In this document: positions 8,809 through 19,250 of the stretch, piece by piece | Layout of the letters: each line of letters begins with the position of its first letter | Position numbering within the stretch: the stretch's first letter is position 1 | From: a candidate division WOR-3 bacterium | GTDB lineage: Bacteria > Hydrothermota > Tepidihabitantia > Tepidihabitantales > Tepidihabitantaceae | Assembly (NCBI GenBank): GCA_965649295.1 | Contig: CBFGKH010000010.1 | Span: forward strand, 1-64,000 | DNA length: 64,000 nucleotides | Reading direction: 5' to 3' | Program-made: the position numbers and the translations under genes | Notes under the pieces: model-generated | Databases searched by the model: none | Told to the model about the DNA's origin: nothing | Seen by the model: only the letters and a program-made list of their open reading frames with translations

Positions 8809-11475
8809 TCACCGACCAGTAACGATGACCAGTTTCTGCCGCCAACTGATACCAGCAGTGCTCAATTCGACAACGTACACGCCTGGTGGCAACCGGCCCA
8901 GTAGTGACCATAGCTGCTGGTGGCCAGGACCCGCATCCAAGCATTGTTTCGTCACAAGTCTGCCCGCCGCTGAAAATACTCGCAGCATCGCACCATCTTC
9001 AGTCGGCGCGGGAAACCGAGGTTCTGCCGACCGGCTGACAACCGTCGGCAGGAACACTGGTTGCCGCCGGGTAGTTGTCGCCGGCAGCGGCTCAGCTGTT
9101 CCCGGCAGCGCCTCACCAAAGTAGGCGAGCACGCGCCGCAAGAACTCAGCCCGCTGCAGGTATCGAGACGGTGAATGGTCAAGGGCCTCGAAAGGAATCG
9201 AGAGGAAGACTAGCCGATAGCTGCCAGCATAGCGAATCACACCACTGACTGTCGTGTCGGCAAACCCGACATAGCGCGCAGAAGCGCTCGCACCGTTGAT
9301 CGGCCGGATACCATCAAGCGAAAAGCCATTACCAGCGCCACCACTGCCGCCAGCCACCAGTGTCTCGGCCCGGGTTATTGGGTCATCAGGCAGACCGGCA
9401 AGGAAAGGCTGACCAGTAGAATCGGTGACGAACTCCGCGCGAAGGTAGTCGCCAAGAAAGGCGGACTGCCGGTTGTGTAGGTCCCGAGCAACACTCTGCC
9501 CGGAGAGCATCAGGTTGCCCCCGTTGCGCAAGAAGGAAACAAGCGCTGACCGGTCTTCTGGCTGCAGGGTTGTCGTCGAATCATCACCACAGAACCAGAT
9601 AACAACCGGATAGTTTCGCAGAGTCTCGGCCAAAGGCGAACCCTGAGTGGCCCGGTCATGAAAACGATAGAGCAGTCGGTTCGAATCGGCTGCCGCTAGA
9701 TAGTAACGCTCGTACCCTGCTCCGTTGTCATCGTCCACAATCATTATTCGCGCCTGGCCACAAGCGATTGGCAGGGCCGTGTCTGGCGACCGCGCTGACG
9801 GCGAGGCCTGAACTCGCAACCGGATGTCCAACCGTTGCGGCGCCGCACCGTTCTCCGCTGAGATTACAAATGAATCGGCTGAACAACTACCACTGGCACC
9901 GGCAGGGATATCTGGAAACCCGGCTACATCGCGCAAGACCCTAATCCCGCTACCCTGACACGTCAGTGTTGCCCGAACGTTAGCCGCATTGCGCCAACCG
10001 CTGGTGTTTGAGTAGGTAACAATCAAGGCAACGGTCTCGCCTGGGTCAAGTCGGCCATTGTTGTTACCGTTCGCGTCATTTATCCGCAGGTCGGTCAGTC
10101 GTAGGTCGCAATACATCAGTGGCATAGCCACCTGACTGAGGCTGATGCGGCCCCGCCCCATCAGCCCCTGTTGGTAGAGAGTCTCGGGTATCGGCTCACA
10201 CCCGGCATAGAGAGTACTCTCAATCTGGGCGGGGCTGTATTCAGGGTGAACCGACCAGATCCAGGCCAAAGCGCTGGCTACCAGCGGAGTGGCCATCGAG
10301 GTTCCGCTCATCCATGCATACCAGTGATTGGCCATTGTCGAGAGAATCGTGTTACCAGGGGCAGTCACGCTGACCCAGTCCCCGAAGTTCGACCAATAAG
10401 GCCGCAGGTCCGCCTCATCACTGGCTGCTACTGCTATCACGCTATCATAAGCTGCCGGATAGAATCGGTTGGAGTTACCACTGTTACCTGCGCCAGCAAC
10501 CACCAGGCAACCCGAAGCACGGGCGAAGTTACAGGCATCCTCCATCGGCGGACTGGCACTCGTTGACCCGAAGCTGAGTGAGAGAATGCGTGCACCACGC
10601 CCAACAAGATAGTAGATACCGCTGATAACCGCTGCTGGCGACATTATCTGCCCGGTGCCACCGCGCACACCGATGGCACGACAGTTCCAGCAGGCAGCCG
10701 CCACACCGATGCCGTTACCGGTCACGGCGTTGGCGATTCCCCAGGTGTGAGTCCCGTGCGAGTGAGTGAGGGTGGCAGACTCTGGTGCCGGATTGGGCGT
10801 GTTCTGAATGAAGTTGTAGCCGACCACATCATCAGCAACGCCGTTACTATCCTGATCAATGCCGTCGAGGTCACCGGCTGGCGGCGGCAGAGTGTCGAAC
10901 CGACCATTGCGGTTCAGGTCCTCAGCCGCATTGAGCTTGATGTTTGCCTGAATATCCGGGTGGTGCCACTCATAGCCGTTATCAACCAGACCGATTATCA
11001 CCGTCGTATCACCGTGACGATAGTCCCAAGCCACCGGTGCGCCAATTCGCGGTAGGTGCCACTGCTGGGAATAGTAGAAGTCGTTTGGAACCTCGCACGT
11101 CCGTAACGGCACTTCCGGCCCGGCCCAGGCAACGGTTGATAGTCGGCCCAGTGCGGCTGCCGCGGCATAGGCATCGACTGCCGCACTAAACCGCAGACCA
11201 AAGGCCAGGTCACATCCATACTGCTGAGCAGTCGGACCTGGTTTGCCGACGTAGAGCGGCCAGATGCTGTCCACACCCAGCCGCTCGCATTCGGCATCAA
11301 TATCGGCAATACCGAACCGCGTCTTGGTAAGCAAGAGTTGATTACGGACACCAGCTGCCAGTTTGACTAGCAGCCGACCACCGAGGTACTCGCCATTACC
11401 CGGGCTGTAAGAGACCGTCATCGCCCAAGCCCCGGCAAACGGTAAGAGAATTGCTAGCAGATACCGGCGCGTCAT
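8809..11475 (-). CDS. Secreted S8 subtilisin-like serine peptidase with accessory domains and C-terminal sorting-like domain
   Basis: Triad motifs VDNG, HGTH, GTSMA; NGRLDPGE module. Start placed at 11475 because ATG 11484 overlaps the -10 box. Confidence 0.9.
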   Translation of the reverse strand: MTRRYLLAILLPFAGAWAMTVSYSPGNGEYLGGRLLVKLAAGVRNQLLLTKTRFGIADIDAECERLGVDSIWPLYVGKPGPTAQQYGCDLAFGLRFSAAVDAYAAAAALGRLSTVAWAGPEVPLRTCEVPNDFYYSQQWHLPRIGAPVAWDYRHGDTTVIIGLVDNGYEWHHPDIQANIKLNAAEDLNRNGRFDTLPPPAGDLDGIDQDSNGVADDVVGYNFIQNTPNPAPESATLTHSHGTHTWGIANAVTGNGIGVAAACWNCRAIGVRGGTGQIMSPAAVISGIYYLVGRGARILSLSFGSTSASPPMEDACNFARASGCLVVAGAGNSGNSNRFYPAAYDSVIAVAASDEADLRPYWSNFGDWVSVTAPGNTILSTMANHWYAWMSGTSMATPLVASALAWIWSVHPEYSPAQIESTLYAGCEPIPETLYQQGLMGRGRISLSQVAMPLMYCDLRLTDLRINDANGNNNGRLDPGETVALIVTYSNTSGWRNAANVRATLTCQGSGIRVLRDVAGFPDIPAGASGSCSADSFVISAENGAAPQRLDIRLRVQASPSARSPDTALPIACGQARIMIVDDDNGAGYERYYLAAADSNRLLYRFHDRATQGSPLAETLRNYPVVIWFCGDDSTTTLQPEDRSALVSFLRNGGNLMLSGQSVARDLHNRQSAFLGDYLRAEFVTDSTGQPFLAGLPDDPITRAETLVAGGSGGAGNGFSLDGIRPINGASASARYVGFADTTVSGVIRYAGSYRLVFLSIPFEALDHSPSRYLQRAEFLRRVLAYFGEALPGTAEPLPATTTRRQPVFLPTVVSRSAEPRFPAPTEDGAMLRVFSAAGRLVTKQCLDAGPGHQQLWSLLGRLPPGVYVVELSTAGISWRQKLVIVTGR

Positions 11476-11566
11476 CCCTGCCATTCTAGTCAGTTGGTCT
11501 AAGCAATGTCAAACACGCCTTTGCGGCTTCCTTTGCCTTTCTCGGAAACAAGACTACAATCAATCC

Positions 11567-12913
11567 TTGCCCTACCAAGAGAAACCCACCAGTACACCAG
11601 CCAACGGCCTCTCAACCGTGCCAATACCAGCACCGGACGAGGCCGACGCCACCTTCGTGCCGACAACCACTGCTCAAACTGCGGCTAACAAAGTCGGCCG
11701 GCTCAGTCTGCCGCCAACCTTTGCCGCCTTCGCTCACCGCAATTTCGCCCTCTACTGGTTTGGGGCTTTCACCTCCCTTATCGGCACCTGGATGCAGAAC
11801 ATCGCTGCCAACTGGCTAGTGCTTTCCCTTACGAACTCAGCGTTCTATGTCGGCCTGAACTCAACTGTCACTTGGCTACCGGCCTGGCTCGTGTCGCTGC
11901 CGGCTGGTGAGCTTGCCGACCGACTGAGCAAACGGAAGATTCTGCTAGTCACCCAGAGCCTGCTTGCCGTTTTCGCCCTGCTACTGGCAATCCTAACCTG
12001 GACCCGAATCGTTACTGTCTATCATATTCTGGTCCTTGCCGCTATAACTGGAACAATCGTCAACATCAACTCACCGGTAATCCAGTCGTTCGTACCCGAA
12101 CTTGTCGGCCGCCGGGATGTCCTCAATGCCATCGCTCTGAACTCGGCCATGTTCAATGCCGCTCGCATCGTTGGCCCCAGCATTGCCGGTGTGCTGCTTG
12201 GGGTCATCGGCCCAGCGGGCTGCTTTGGCCTGAACAGCCTGAGCTTCCTAGCCATCATTGCTGCGCTCGCCCTGATTCGGAGCGATGCTCCCAAGCCTGG
12301 CCCGAGTCATGATAAGCCTTGGCAGCGAGTTGTCACTGGTCTCCGATTTGTTCGAAGTCATCAGGACATCCGAGTCCTGATACTGCTGGTTGCTGTCTTC
12401 AGCTCATTCGGGATTGTCTATCTGCCATTGATGCCGGTCTTCACCCGTGATGTGTTTCGGGCCGATGCCCGTAGTTATGGCCTGATGATGGCCTGTATCG
12501 GCATCGGCGCAGTAGCCGGTGGCCTCGGCCTTGCCACACTCAGCCGTACCCGCCACAAAGGACGGATACTGATCGGCGGAACTACACTGCTCGCATTGCT
12601 GCTCATCCTTTTCTCGTTCACTCGCAGTCTGCCGTTGGCCCTAGCTCTGCTAGTCCTTCTCGGACTGTGCCAGACCACGATTGCGTCGCTGACCAATAGT
12701 CTTATTCAGACCCTGGCCCCGGATGACGTCCGCGGCCGAGTAATGAGCGTCTTCACCCTTGCCTTCAATGGAATGTTTCCGATTGGCAGCTTTATCGCCG
12801 GCCTGATTGCCCAGAAACTGAGTGCTCCGGCCGCCACGCTGGTCGGCGGTTGCTTTGTGTTTGCCAGTCTCGGATTGCTGCTTCGGCTCCGACCCGAACT
12901 GGCAAAGCTCTAG
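11567..12913 (+). CDS. MFS transporter (MFS_3/DUF894-like)
   Basis: About 12 TM segments, IGTWMQ, GELADRLSKR, AIALNS..FN.AR..GP, RGRVMS. Confidence 0.92.
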   Translation: MPYQEKPTSTPANGLSTVPIPAPDEADATFVPTTTAQTAANKVGRLSLPPTFAAFAHRNFALYWFGAFTSLIGTWMQNIAANWLVLSLTNSAFYVGLNSTVTWLPAWLVSLPAGELADRLSKRKILLVTQSLLAVFALLLAILTWTRIVTVYHILVLAAITGTIVNINSPVIQSFVPELVGRRDVLNAIALNSAMFNAARIVGPSIAGVLLGVIGPAGCFGLNSLSFLAIIAALALIRSDAPKPGPSHDKPWQRVVTGLRFVRSHQDIRVLILLVAVFSSFGIVYLPLMPVFTRDVFRADARSYGLMMACIGIGAVAGGLGLATLSRTRHKGRILIGGTTLLALLLILFSFTRSLPLALALLVLLGLCQTTIASLTNSLIQTLAPDDVRGRVMSVFTLAFNGMFPIGSFIAGLIAQKLSAPAATLVGGCFVFASLGLLLRLRPELAKL

Positions 12914-13681
12914 CTACTCTAATCCTTCCAACTTATACCCGTACCAGCGCCCGACCGCGCCATCAGTACCACCATCAGCATCGCTTGCTACCCAGAGCAG
13001 CCCATTGCAATAGGAGAGCGAGAACCCAAAGCCAGGATTGGGTAGGTCGAAACTAGTAATGTACCTGCCGGTCAGGTCATAGACGTTGATCTCTTTCTCG
13101 TTCTTCCAAGCAAAGATGAACCGGTCAGATGCGGCAATCGAGTAGGCGTAGCCGCCCTCCTCCACCTCGCTATAGTGCTCGAGTTCGTAGCTGTCCAACT
13201 CATCACCCTCAACCGCGTCATAGACGATAAGCTCACCATCATCCAGTTCATAAATGAACCGACCATCAGGTGAGAAGCCGACCGAGGTCTGCTCCTGAGC
13301 AAACAGGAGCTCGTGCTCAATATCCGCTTCCTCAGTATCGAAATTAAGCAACAACAGGTCCTCGCCAAAAGCCTTGGCATAGATGCGACCCTCACTCGGA
13401 TCGCAACCAATGGCCCGGCCGTCAATGCCGAAATCGTAGCTGCGAACGAACGTGCCTGCCCGATCATACTGATTTACGACCGAGTACTCTTCGTTACCAC
13501 CGTTGATTGTGTAGTAGTACTGCCCGTCGAACGTGATGCCGACATTGTGAAATGGAACTCGGTCAGCAATTATGTGACGCAGGACTGGCTTCACCCCGCC
13601 AGCTCGCCGCGGCCCGCACGTTGCCCGAGTGAACAGAAACACCGCTACCAGACCAAGGACGAGTTGCATCAATCTTCTCAT
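12914..13681 (-). CDS. Exported acidic hypothetical protein, probable beta-propeller
   Basis: Signal-like N-terminus, GITFDG and YDLTG-type blade motifs; follows the C25 gene. Confidence 0.7.
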   Translation of the reverse strand: MRRLMQLVLGLVAVFLFTRATCGPRRAGGVKPVLRHIIADRVPFHNVGITFDGQYYYTINGGNEEYSVVNQYDRAGTFVRSYDFGIDGRAIGCDPSEGRIYAKAFGEDLLLLNFDTEEADIEHELLFAQEQTSVGFSPDGRFIYELDDGELIVYDAVEGDELDSYELEHYSEVEEGGYAYSIAASDRFIFAWKNEKEINVYDLTGRYITSFDLPNPGFGFSLSYCNGLLWVASDADGGTDGAVGRWYGYKLEGLE

Positions 13682-13690
13682 TTCTTACTC

Positions 13691-16600
13691 CTACCGAATC
13701 AGGACTGCTTTACGATCAACAGTTCCGGCCGGACTTACCAGACGCAAAAGATAGACACCGTTGCCAACTGGCATACCACGACTATCCCGACCATCCCACA
13801 CGAGCTCGTGTCTGCCTTGAGTCAAGTTATCAGCAAGCACCCGAACCAGTCTTCCAGCCGCATCGTGAATCGAGATACGCGACCTGCCAACGCCAACAAT
13901 CGAAGCCCGCACCAACACATTGCCGCGAATTGGGTTCGGACCAAGACCCAGCTCGCAACATGCCTGTTTCGGGCCTGTTCCTTCAGCTAAACCAGTCAGC
14001 AGTGGATCGGTTGTATAGCGAATACAGCGTCCAGCGCCGATGCCTGCCGCTGCCCGATGGTAACGGCCATTGAAGAGGTACTGAATGCCAATTCCTGCAC
14101 TGGGGTCCTGCAGGCCGACTGTACTTGATGTGTAGCCGTTGCCACTGGCATACTGCACGTCTATAACATTGTCACCAGTCTGGCTATGCCGACTTGTGTC
14201 GTAGATGACTATTTGGAACCAGTCGAAGGTTGTTCGGCTCGAGTAGTATGGCATCGATTCCCACTCGACAACGAAACGTCGGCCGGCCGTGTCGTGCCAG
14301 TACCAGATGCCGCCTCCGGCTGGCGGATACAGGTCATCCCAGTTAGCTGCAACAATCGCCGGCACCGTGGCGCCGGGCAGTGACTCATTGGTATAGTTCG
14401 ACCGTGTCGTACTGCCGGCAGCAATCCAGCCGTTCGAACAGATTGAGATTTGGCCGTAGTTCGTTCCGTAGTAACGCCACGGGCCAAAGCCCGTCGGCAG
14501 AGTCACAACCTGAGTCTGGTCATCAGCGAGGTTGAGTCGTGTTCCTCGGCCCCGAACCTCAACCCATTCGTAATCCGGACAGGCCACATAGAACGAGTCA
14601 ACATCGTCATAGGCATAATACCGAGTCGGACTGCGCGGCCCGTCTGGAATCGGGTCAACGCTCGTGAGCACGCCGACGTCAAGCAAGACGATTCGAGTTA
14701 CTGCGTACTGGTCCCCGGTCACACGAAGCGTACAGGCAACCCGAGTCTCCGGCGGGATTGCTCCGCTTGCTGCCACTCGGAAGCGGTCATCGTTGTTGAA
14801 CACGGTTGATTCTGGCCGCACCTGACCATACGTGCCTGTCGAATCGAGTACAACCAACCGAGAGTCGCCTGACCGCAGCACGGCAGTGACGCCATTGCAG
14901 CTACCAAGCCCAACATTCGTCAGGCCAAGCGCAATATCAGCCTCATCGCCTGGGTCGAGTCGGCCGTTGCCGTTCCCACCCGGTCGCGAATCCCAACAGC
15001 GGCTGCCGCTGACCACCAGTTGCGGAGCTCCAACAACTAATCCGAGGTTTGACACATAGGTCGAATCGAGAGTATCAATCAGTACAAGCTGCAGCGGCAA
15101 GACATAGCGATTGGTACAGGCTTGGGCAACCCGGAATCGGAATCCGTCCGGGCCGGTGAATGACGAATCACCAGCACCTACTTGGCCAAAGTAACGTCCT
15201 GAATCAGTCACTGTCACGAGCGTGTCGGTTCCAAGCCGACGCAGTATTCCCCGCACCCCGGTTGCCGAGCGGTCGCCTCGGTTTACTACCCACAACGGCA
15301 GGTTGATGTTCTCGCCCGGGTTGATTATCCCATCGCCATTACCGCCAGTGACGTCATCAACTGTCGAACGAAGGTAACAGAGACCATTTGGCATTAGATT
15401 GTCGTACCACCACTGGGCTGAATCGGCATTGGCACGCAGTAGCGCCAGCGAATTGCCGCCGACGAGTGCAAAAGCAACCCGGGTTCGCGCCCCTGGCGCA
15501 AGCGTAATCGGCCCCGCCGAAGCAACACACGACCAGTTTGCTGCTCGATTTGAACTCGGTCGGCTGATGAACCCGCGCAGAAAACTGTCCTTCACTGCTT
15601 CGGTCATCATCGTGCCCGGCGTCACGTAGATAGCATGGTCAATCGCCGACAGATTCGCCGCTGTGCTCGGCCAAAGCAGCTTGATGCCAACCGCGTTCTG
15701 CTCACTCGAAGCCTGCGTCATATAGACGAGTCGGCGGCTAGGATCAGTACCGACATTGTTGCTCGTCGTGTTCATCACGTCGAAGTCTGAGAATATGCCG
15801 CAATACAACCCCTCGATTGGCTGCGAACCCTGGTTGACAAGATTGTACTGGATGATTACAAAGTCACGCCGACCGGCTCGGGCAATCGCTCCTGACCATT
15901 GCGTAACGGTCAGCCCTTTCGGTGCCGGGTGCGCTCCATCATCGAACACTGCCTGATACTCCTCATCAGCAGCGATTGGCGGCAGAACTGGCCGCAACGA
16001 ATCAAGAGTACGCCAATCTGCTTGCCATGTCGAAGTCGGCCTTCCGTACCAACGATCAACAACGTAGTCCGGACCAGTGCCACAAGCAAGACTGGTGAAG
16101 TAGAGCGAGCCATAACCGGCGTCCCGCGGGTATTTCAGTCCTGAACCCTCTCGATACGGGCCTAGCGTGCCAATCGAGCCGACAGCAGTGACTGAAAGTA
16201 TCATCTCCCCGGTGTCGTGGTCAGCCCAGGTCCGACCGGGTCGCGGCTCAGTTCCAACCTTGATTCTGACAAAAGGCTCCCAGTAGCCCTCAACGGCAGT
16301 ACAGGCGGCAATCAGCTCGGCCGACGCACCGGCTGGTGTGTGCGAGGCAGCGGCCAGCAGGAAACCATCACCCTCGCTCGTATCGCCGGTGCCGATTGTG
16401 CCGTAGCTAGCCGTCGAGTCAATCAGACTGAGGTAAGGACTGTTTGTTCGCAGCACACTCTGAACGCCGGTGGCGGCAATCGAACCCAGGTTCGCAATCC
16501 GGATGAACACGTGCGCGGTCTCACCTGGGTCGAGCCGGCCGTTGCGGCCATCATCAATCCGCAACCCGGCCAGCACCAGGGCCGGCGCCGACACTGCACC

Positions 16601-18574
16601 TCGCACGGGCACAGTGCTGGAATAAGGGAAGTAGTTCTGCAGGCTCGCCGAAACGGTGAGAAATCCGGCACTAGTTGGCTGCACGAACAGGTCAACCCAA
16701 CCCTGGGAGTTAGTCCAGCCACGGGCATAGGTCTCGCTGCCCTTTGCTAGACAGACTAGGGCTCCAGCCTTGGGCAGTTCGCCGTCCCGGACTGTTACGC
16801 GCAAGACCTGCGGCCCGACGAGGGCCGAATCAGGCAGCGTCACTGCCAAGGTGCGCGGCCGCTCTGACCAGACCGATAGTGTTGGGTCGCCCATCAGGTT
16901 CAGCTCATACACGCACCAGCGCCAGACCTCCTGACCTTGCAACATGCTCAGGTAGTAGTCCTTGCACATCGCCCCAAGTGTACCAAACTGGCTCGCATTC
17001 CTAGCAAGGAAACTCCGATACCAGTGAATATCAATCACTTCTGAAGGCCCAAACCCGGGCGGGTAGCCAAACCCATACCGCGAGTTGAGCATCAAAGCGA
17101 TGCAACCGCCAGTTGTACAGTTCATCAGGGCCTCAGCCAGACAGTCTTGGCCGTCAAACCAGCCTGGCTGACAGGCAATTGAATTGATGAAGTTCAGCTT
17201 GCGAAAGCCATTGGTGAGACCCGCCACTTCGGACTGATTCAGCACCGAAATCGTCGAAGGGCTGCCGTGCGCAGCAACGTGCGCCAGAGCAAAACCGCGG
17301 TTCATCGAATCGGCATAGACTCCTGACCCTGGGTCCTCAAGATGAGCATGCGACCAGCCGCTGGGGAACATTTCGGCAATTAGCCGGTTCGGCACCCGGC
17401 CATGATAGGGGTCGAAGAGCATTGTCGAGCCATACAGCACCTTCTTGATGAAAGCGGAGTCTGGGTGTCGCTCATAAGTTGTGCACTTGGCGAAGAACGT
17501 CTGGACCTGGGCTGCATTGTCAATTGGTGCTCTTCCTACGAAAACGTCATGTAGAAAATCTACCGAGTCCTCCATCTCACCGAACAGGTTGTTGCGATTC
17601 GAATCCCAGGAATACTGTAGGTCGGCATAGTACATGTCGGTCGCGATGTCCTCGGTATAGCCTTCAACGGTCAGCCTAGCTGTCCGAACCGGCACAATCT
17701 GATCATCTCCACCCAGCAATACCCACTTCAGACCGTGATTCCGCCAGTAGTCAATGATGCAGTTCCGAATCTTTTCAGGATTGTCCCGTCCCGGGTAAGT
17801 TGAGTAGATTGATTCGGTTCGGACAATCACTGTCTTGTACCCAGCCAAGGTCTTCCACTCGGCAAAAGGCACAAAGCTCGGAGCCATCGCGGTCGAAGTG
17901 ATGACCATCATATCGCACAACCAATCATCGAGCTCAGCAACACACGGCCGGAACCGAAGAATGTCAGCTCGATTCTCTACCAACCCGTCCAGATACTCAG
18001 CCATCACTTCAGCTTGGCCTGGCTCGACGCGCGCCGGCGTAACCCGACCGGTCACATAGTTCACATCAACCACAAGCCGGGTGACAAGACGCAGCTCGCG
18101 CCGGGCCGGCAAATAGCGCAGCGGCGCCACCACAAGCCCGCAAACTCGATAACCACCGGCAGTGCCAGTATTCGAAACTCGAACCATCTCAGCTGGATAG
18201 GTCTTCGCCGAGGCGTAACTCGCCCAGTCTGGTGTTACAAGACCTGGCTTAGGCTTGGAGAACACATAGGGTCGCTGCCCAGGATGAATCAAATATGAAC
18301 CCGGCAAGACCTCTTCAACAAACGAGCTGACCGTCACATTGAGAACTTCGGCATCAGCCGGAATTACCACGTTGAACAAAACAACTGGCAGACACGGCTG
18401 GCCCGGTTCTGAGATTGTCAGCCCGCCAGGGAGAAGCACCACATCGAAACCGTTCTCCTTTGTGAACACCAGGTCACCAGCCGAGAACTCAAATGTCGAA
18501 CTCACCGAGCCGCTTGCTGCCAGTCCTATGGCTGGAACTAGCGCCGCCAACAGAACAAACAACCTACGGAACAT
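13691..18574 (-). CDS. Gingipain-like C25 cysteine peptidase, multidomain, with FlgD/T9SS-like C-terminal domain
   Basis: Propeptide, VLLGGD, TDMYYAD, VGRAP, catalytic AHGS and SIAC, NLMGDP, three NG..D/NPGE modules, WDGRD..G..V.NGVYLL. Confidence 0.92.
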   Translation of the reverse strand: MFRRLFVLLAALVPAIGLAASGSVSSTFEFSAGDLVFTKENGFDVVLLPGGLTISEPGQPCLPVVLFNVVIPADAEVLNVTVSSFVEEVLPGSYLIHPGQRPYVFSKPKPGLVTPDWASYASAKTYPAEMVRVSNTGTAGGYRVCGLVVAPLRYLPARRELRLVTRLVVDVNYVTGRVTPARVEPGQAEVMAEYLDGLVENRADILRFRPCVAELDDWLCDMMVITSTAMAPSFVPFAEWKTLAGYKTVIVRTESIYSTYPGRDNPEKIRNCIIDYWRNHGLKWVLLGGDDQIVPVRTARLTVEGYTEDIATDMYYADLQYSWDSNRNNLFGEMEDSVDFLHDVFVGRAPIDNAAQVQTFFAKCTTYERHPDSAFIKKVLYGSTMLFDPYHGRVPNRLIAEMFPSGWSHAHLEDPGSGVYADSMNRGFALAHVAAHGSPSTISVLNQSEVAGLTNGFRKLNFINSIACQPGWFDGQDCLAEALMNCTTGGCIALMLNSRYGFGYPPGFGPSEVIDIHWYRSFLARNASQFGTLGAMCKDYYLSMLQGQEVWRWCVYELNLMGDPTLSVWSERPRTLAVTLPDSALVGPQVLRVTVRDGELPKAGALVCLAKGSETYARGWTNSQGWVDLFVQPTSAGFLTVSASLQNYFPYSSTVPVRGAVSAPALVLAGLRIDDGRNGRLDPGETAHVFIRIANLGSIAATGVQSVLRTNSPYLSLIDSTASYGTIGTGDTSEGDGFLLAAASHTPAGASAELIAACTAVEGYWEPFVRIKVGTEPRPGRTWADHDTGEMILSVTAVGSIGTLGPYREGSGLKYPRDAGYGSLYFTSLACGTGPDYVVDRWYGRPTSTWQADWRTLDSLRPVLPPIAADEEYQAVFDDGAHPAPKGLTVTQWSGAIARAGRRDFVIIQYNLVNQGSQPIEGLYCGIFSDFDVMNTTSNNVGTDPSRRLVYMTQASSEQNAVGIKLLWPSTAANLSAIDHAIYVTPGTMMTEAVKDSFLRGFISRPSSNRAANWSCVASAGPITLAPGARTRVAFALVGGNSLALLRANADSAQWWYDNLMPNGLCYLRSTVDDVTGGNGDGIINPGENINLPLWVVNRGDRSATGVRGILRRLGTDTLVTVTDSGRYFGQVGAGDSSFTGPDGFRFRVAQACTNRYVLPLQLVLIDTLDSTYVSNLGLVVGAPQLVVSGSRCWDSRPGGNGNGRLDPGDEADIALGLTNVGLGSCNGVTAVLRSGDSRLVVLDSTGTYGQVRPESTVFNNDDRFRVAASGAIPPETRVACTLRVTGDQYAVTRIVLLDVGVLTSVDPIPDGPRSPTRYYAYDDVDSFYVACPDYEWVEVRGRGTRLNLADDQTQVVTLPTGFGPWRYYGTNYGQISICSNGWIAAGSTTRSNYTNESLPGATVPAIVAANWDDLYPPAGGGIWYWHDTAGRRFVVEWESMPYYSSRTTFDWFQIVIYDTSRHSQTGDNVIDVQYASGNGYTSSTVGLQDPSAGIGIQYLFNGRYHRAAAGIGAGRCIRYTTDPLLTGLAEGTGPKQACCELGLGPNPIRGNVLVRASIVGVGRSRISIHDAAGRLVRVLADNLTQGRHELVWDGRDSRGMPVGNGVYLLRLVSPAGTVDRKAVLIR

Positions 18575-18669
18575 GTGCCTCCCTACTGCTGGGTTGTCAC
18601 TTGCCGGAATATGAACACGCCCAGAGATTCTAGCCTTGCATCAAACGAGGTCAATCTCAATACGAGCAA

Positions 18670-19065
18670 ACACTCGGTGCCGAACTCTTGCCATCAAAAC
18701 CTAGCAAGAGCTCTCAGAAATGGACCGTAGAACGATGGTGCAAGTAGACCCGACAAGGCAAACGCTATTAGCATGAGAAGCACAGGCCGAGACCTAATCG
18801 CCAAACTTGCCGCAGGTCGGTTTACAGAAGACTCCGACCACATCCCCACGACTGGCTAACAAGACTTGCTAGCGAGTCCTGCCAAGGGCTGCGCCGAGAG
18901 TCTAGTCCAGGACGATATCAGCAACTGCCCATCAAGCCGGTCACAGAATAACCCCAGAAGCACACATCCGAACCACTCCGGGGACAGTCCCCCGGTAGGG
19001 CCCTCCACATGTGCCCGCATAGCCTAACTTCTGATGAGACAGATCGTTACGACGGAAATTCGACG
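18670..19065 (-). repeat. Diverged intergenic repeat element, copy 2
   Basis: Blocks collinear with 455-775. Also contains the GGGGACAGTCCCC palindrome (18980-18992) and CCTAAC-N17-GTTACG (19023-19051). Confidence 0.55.
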
Positions 19066-19250
19066 CCGACATTTGTGTACTTCAAAGTACACAGCCGCTC
19101 AGTCGCGCTACCGGCTGTTTCCACTGCCAATTGGAATCGAACATAGACAGAATGAAACAAACGGCAGTCGGGGACTAGAACGGAGTTGAGTTGCTTAGAG
19201 GACCAATCCGGGCAGGTCAGACGACTGACCGGCGGACGGCCGAGCCACAG

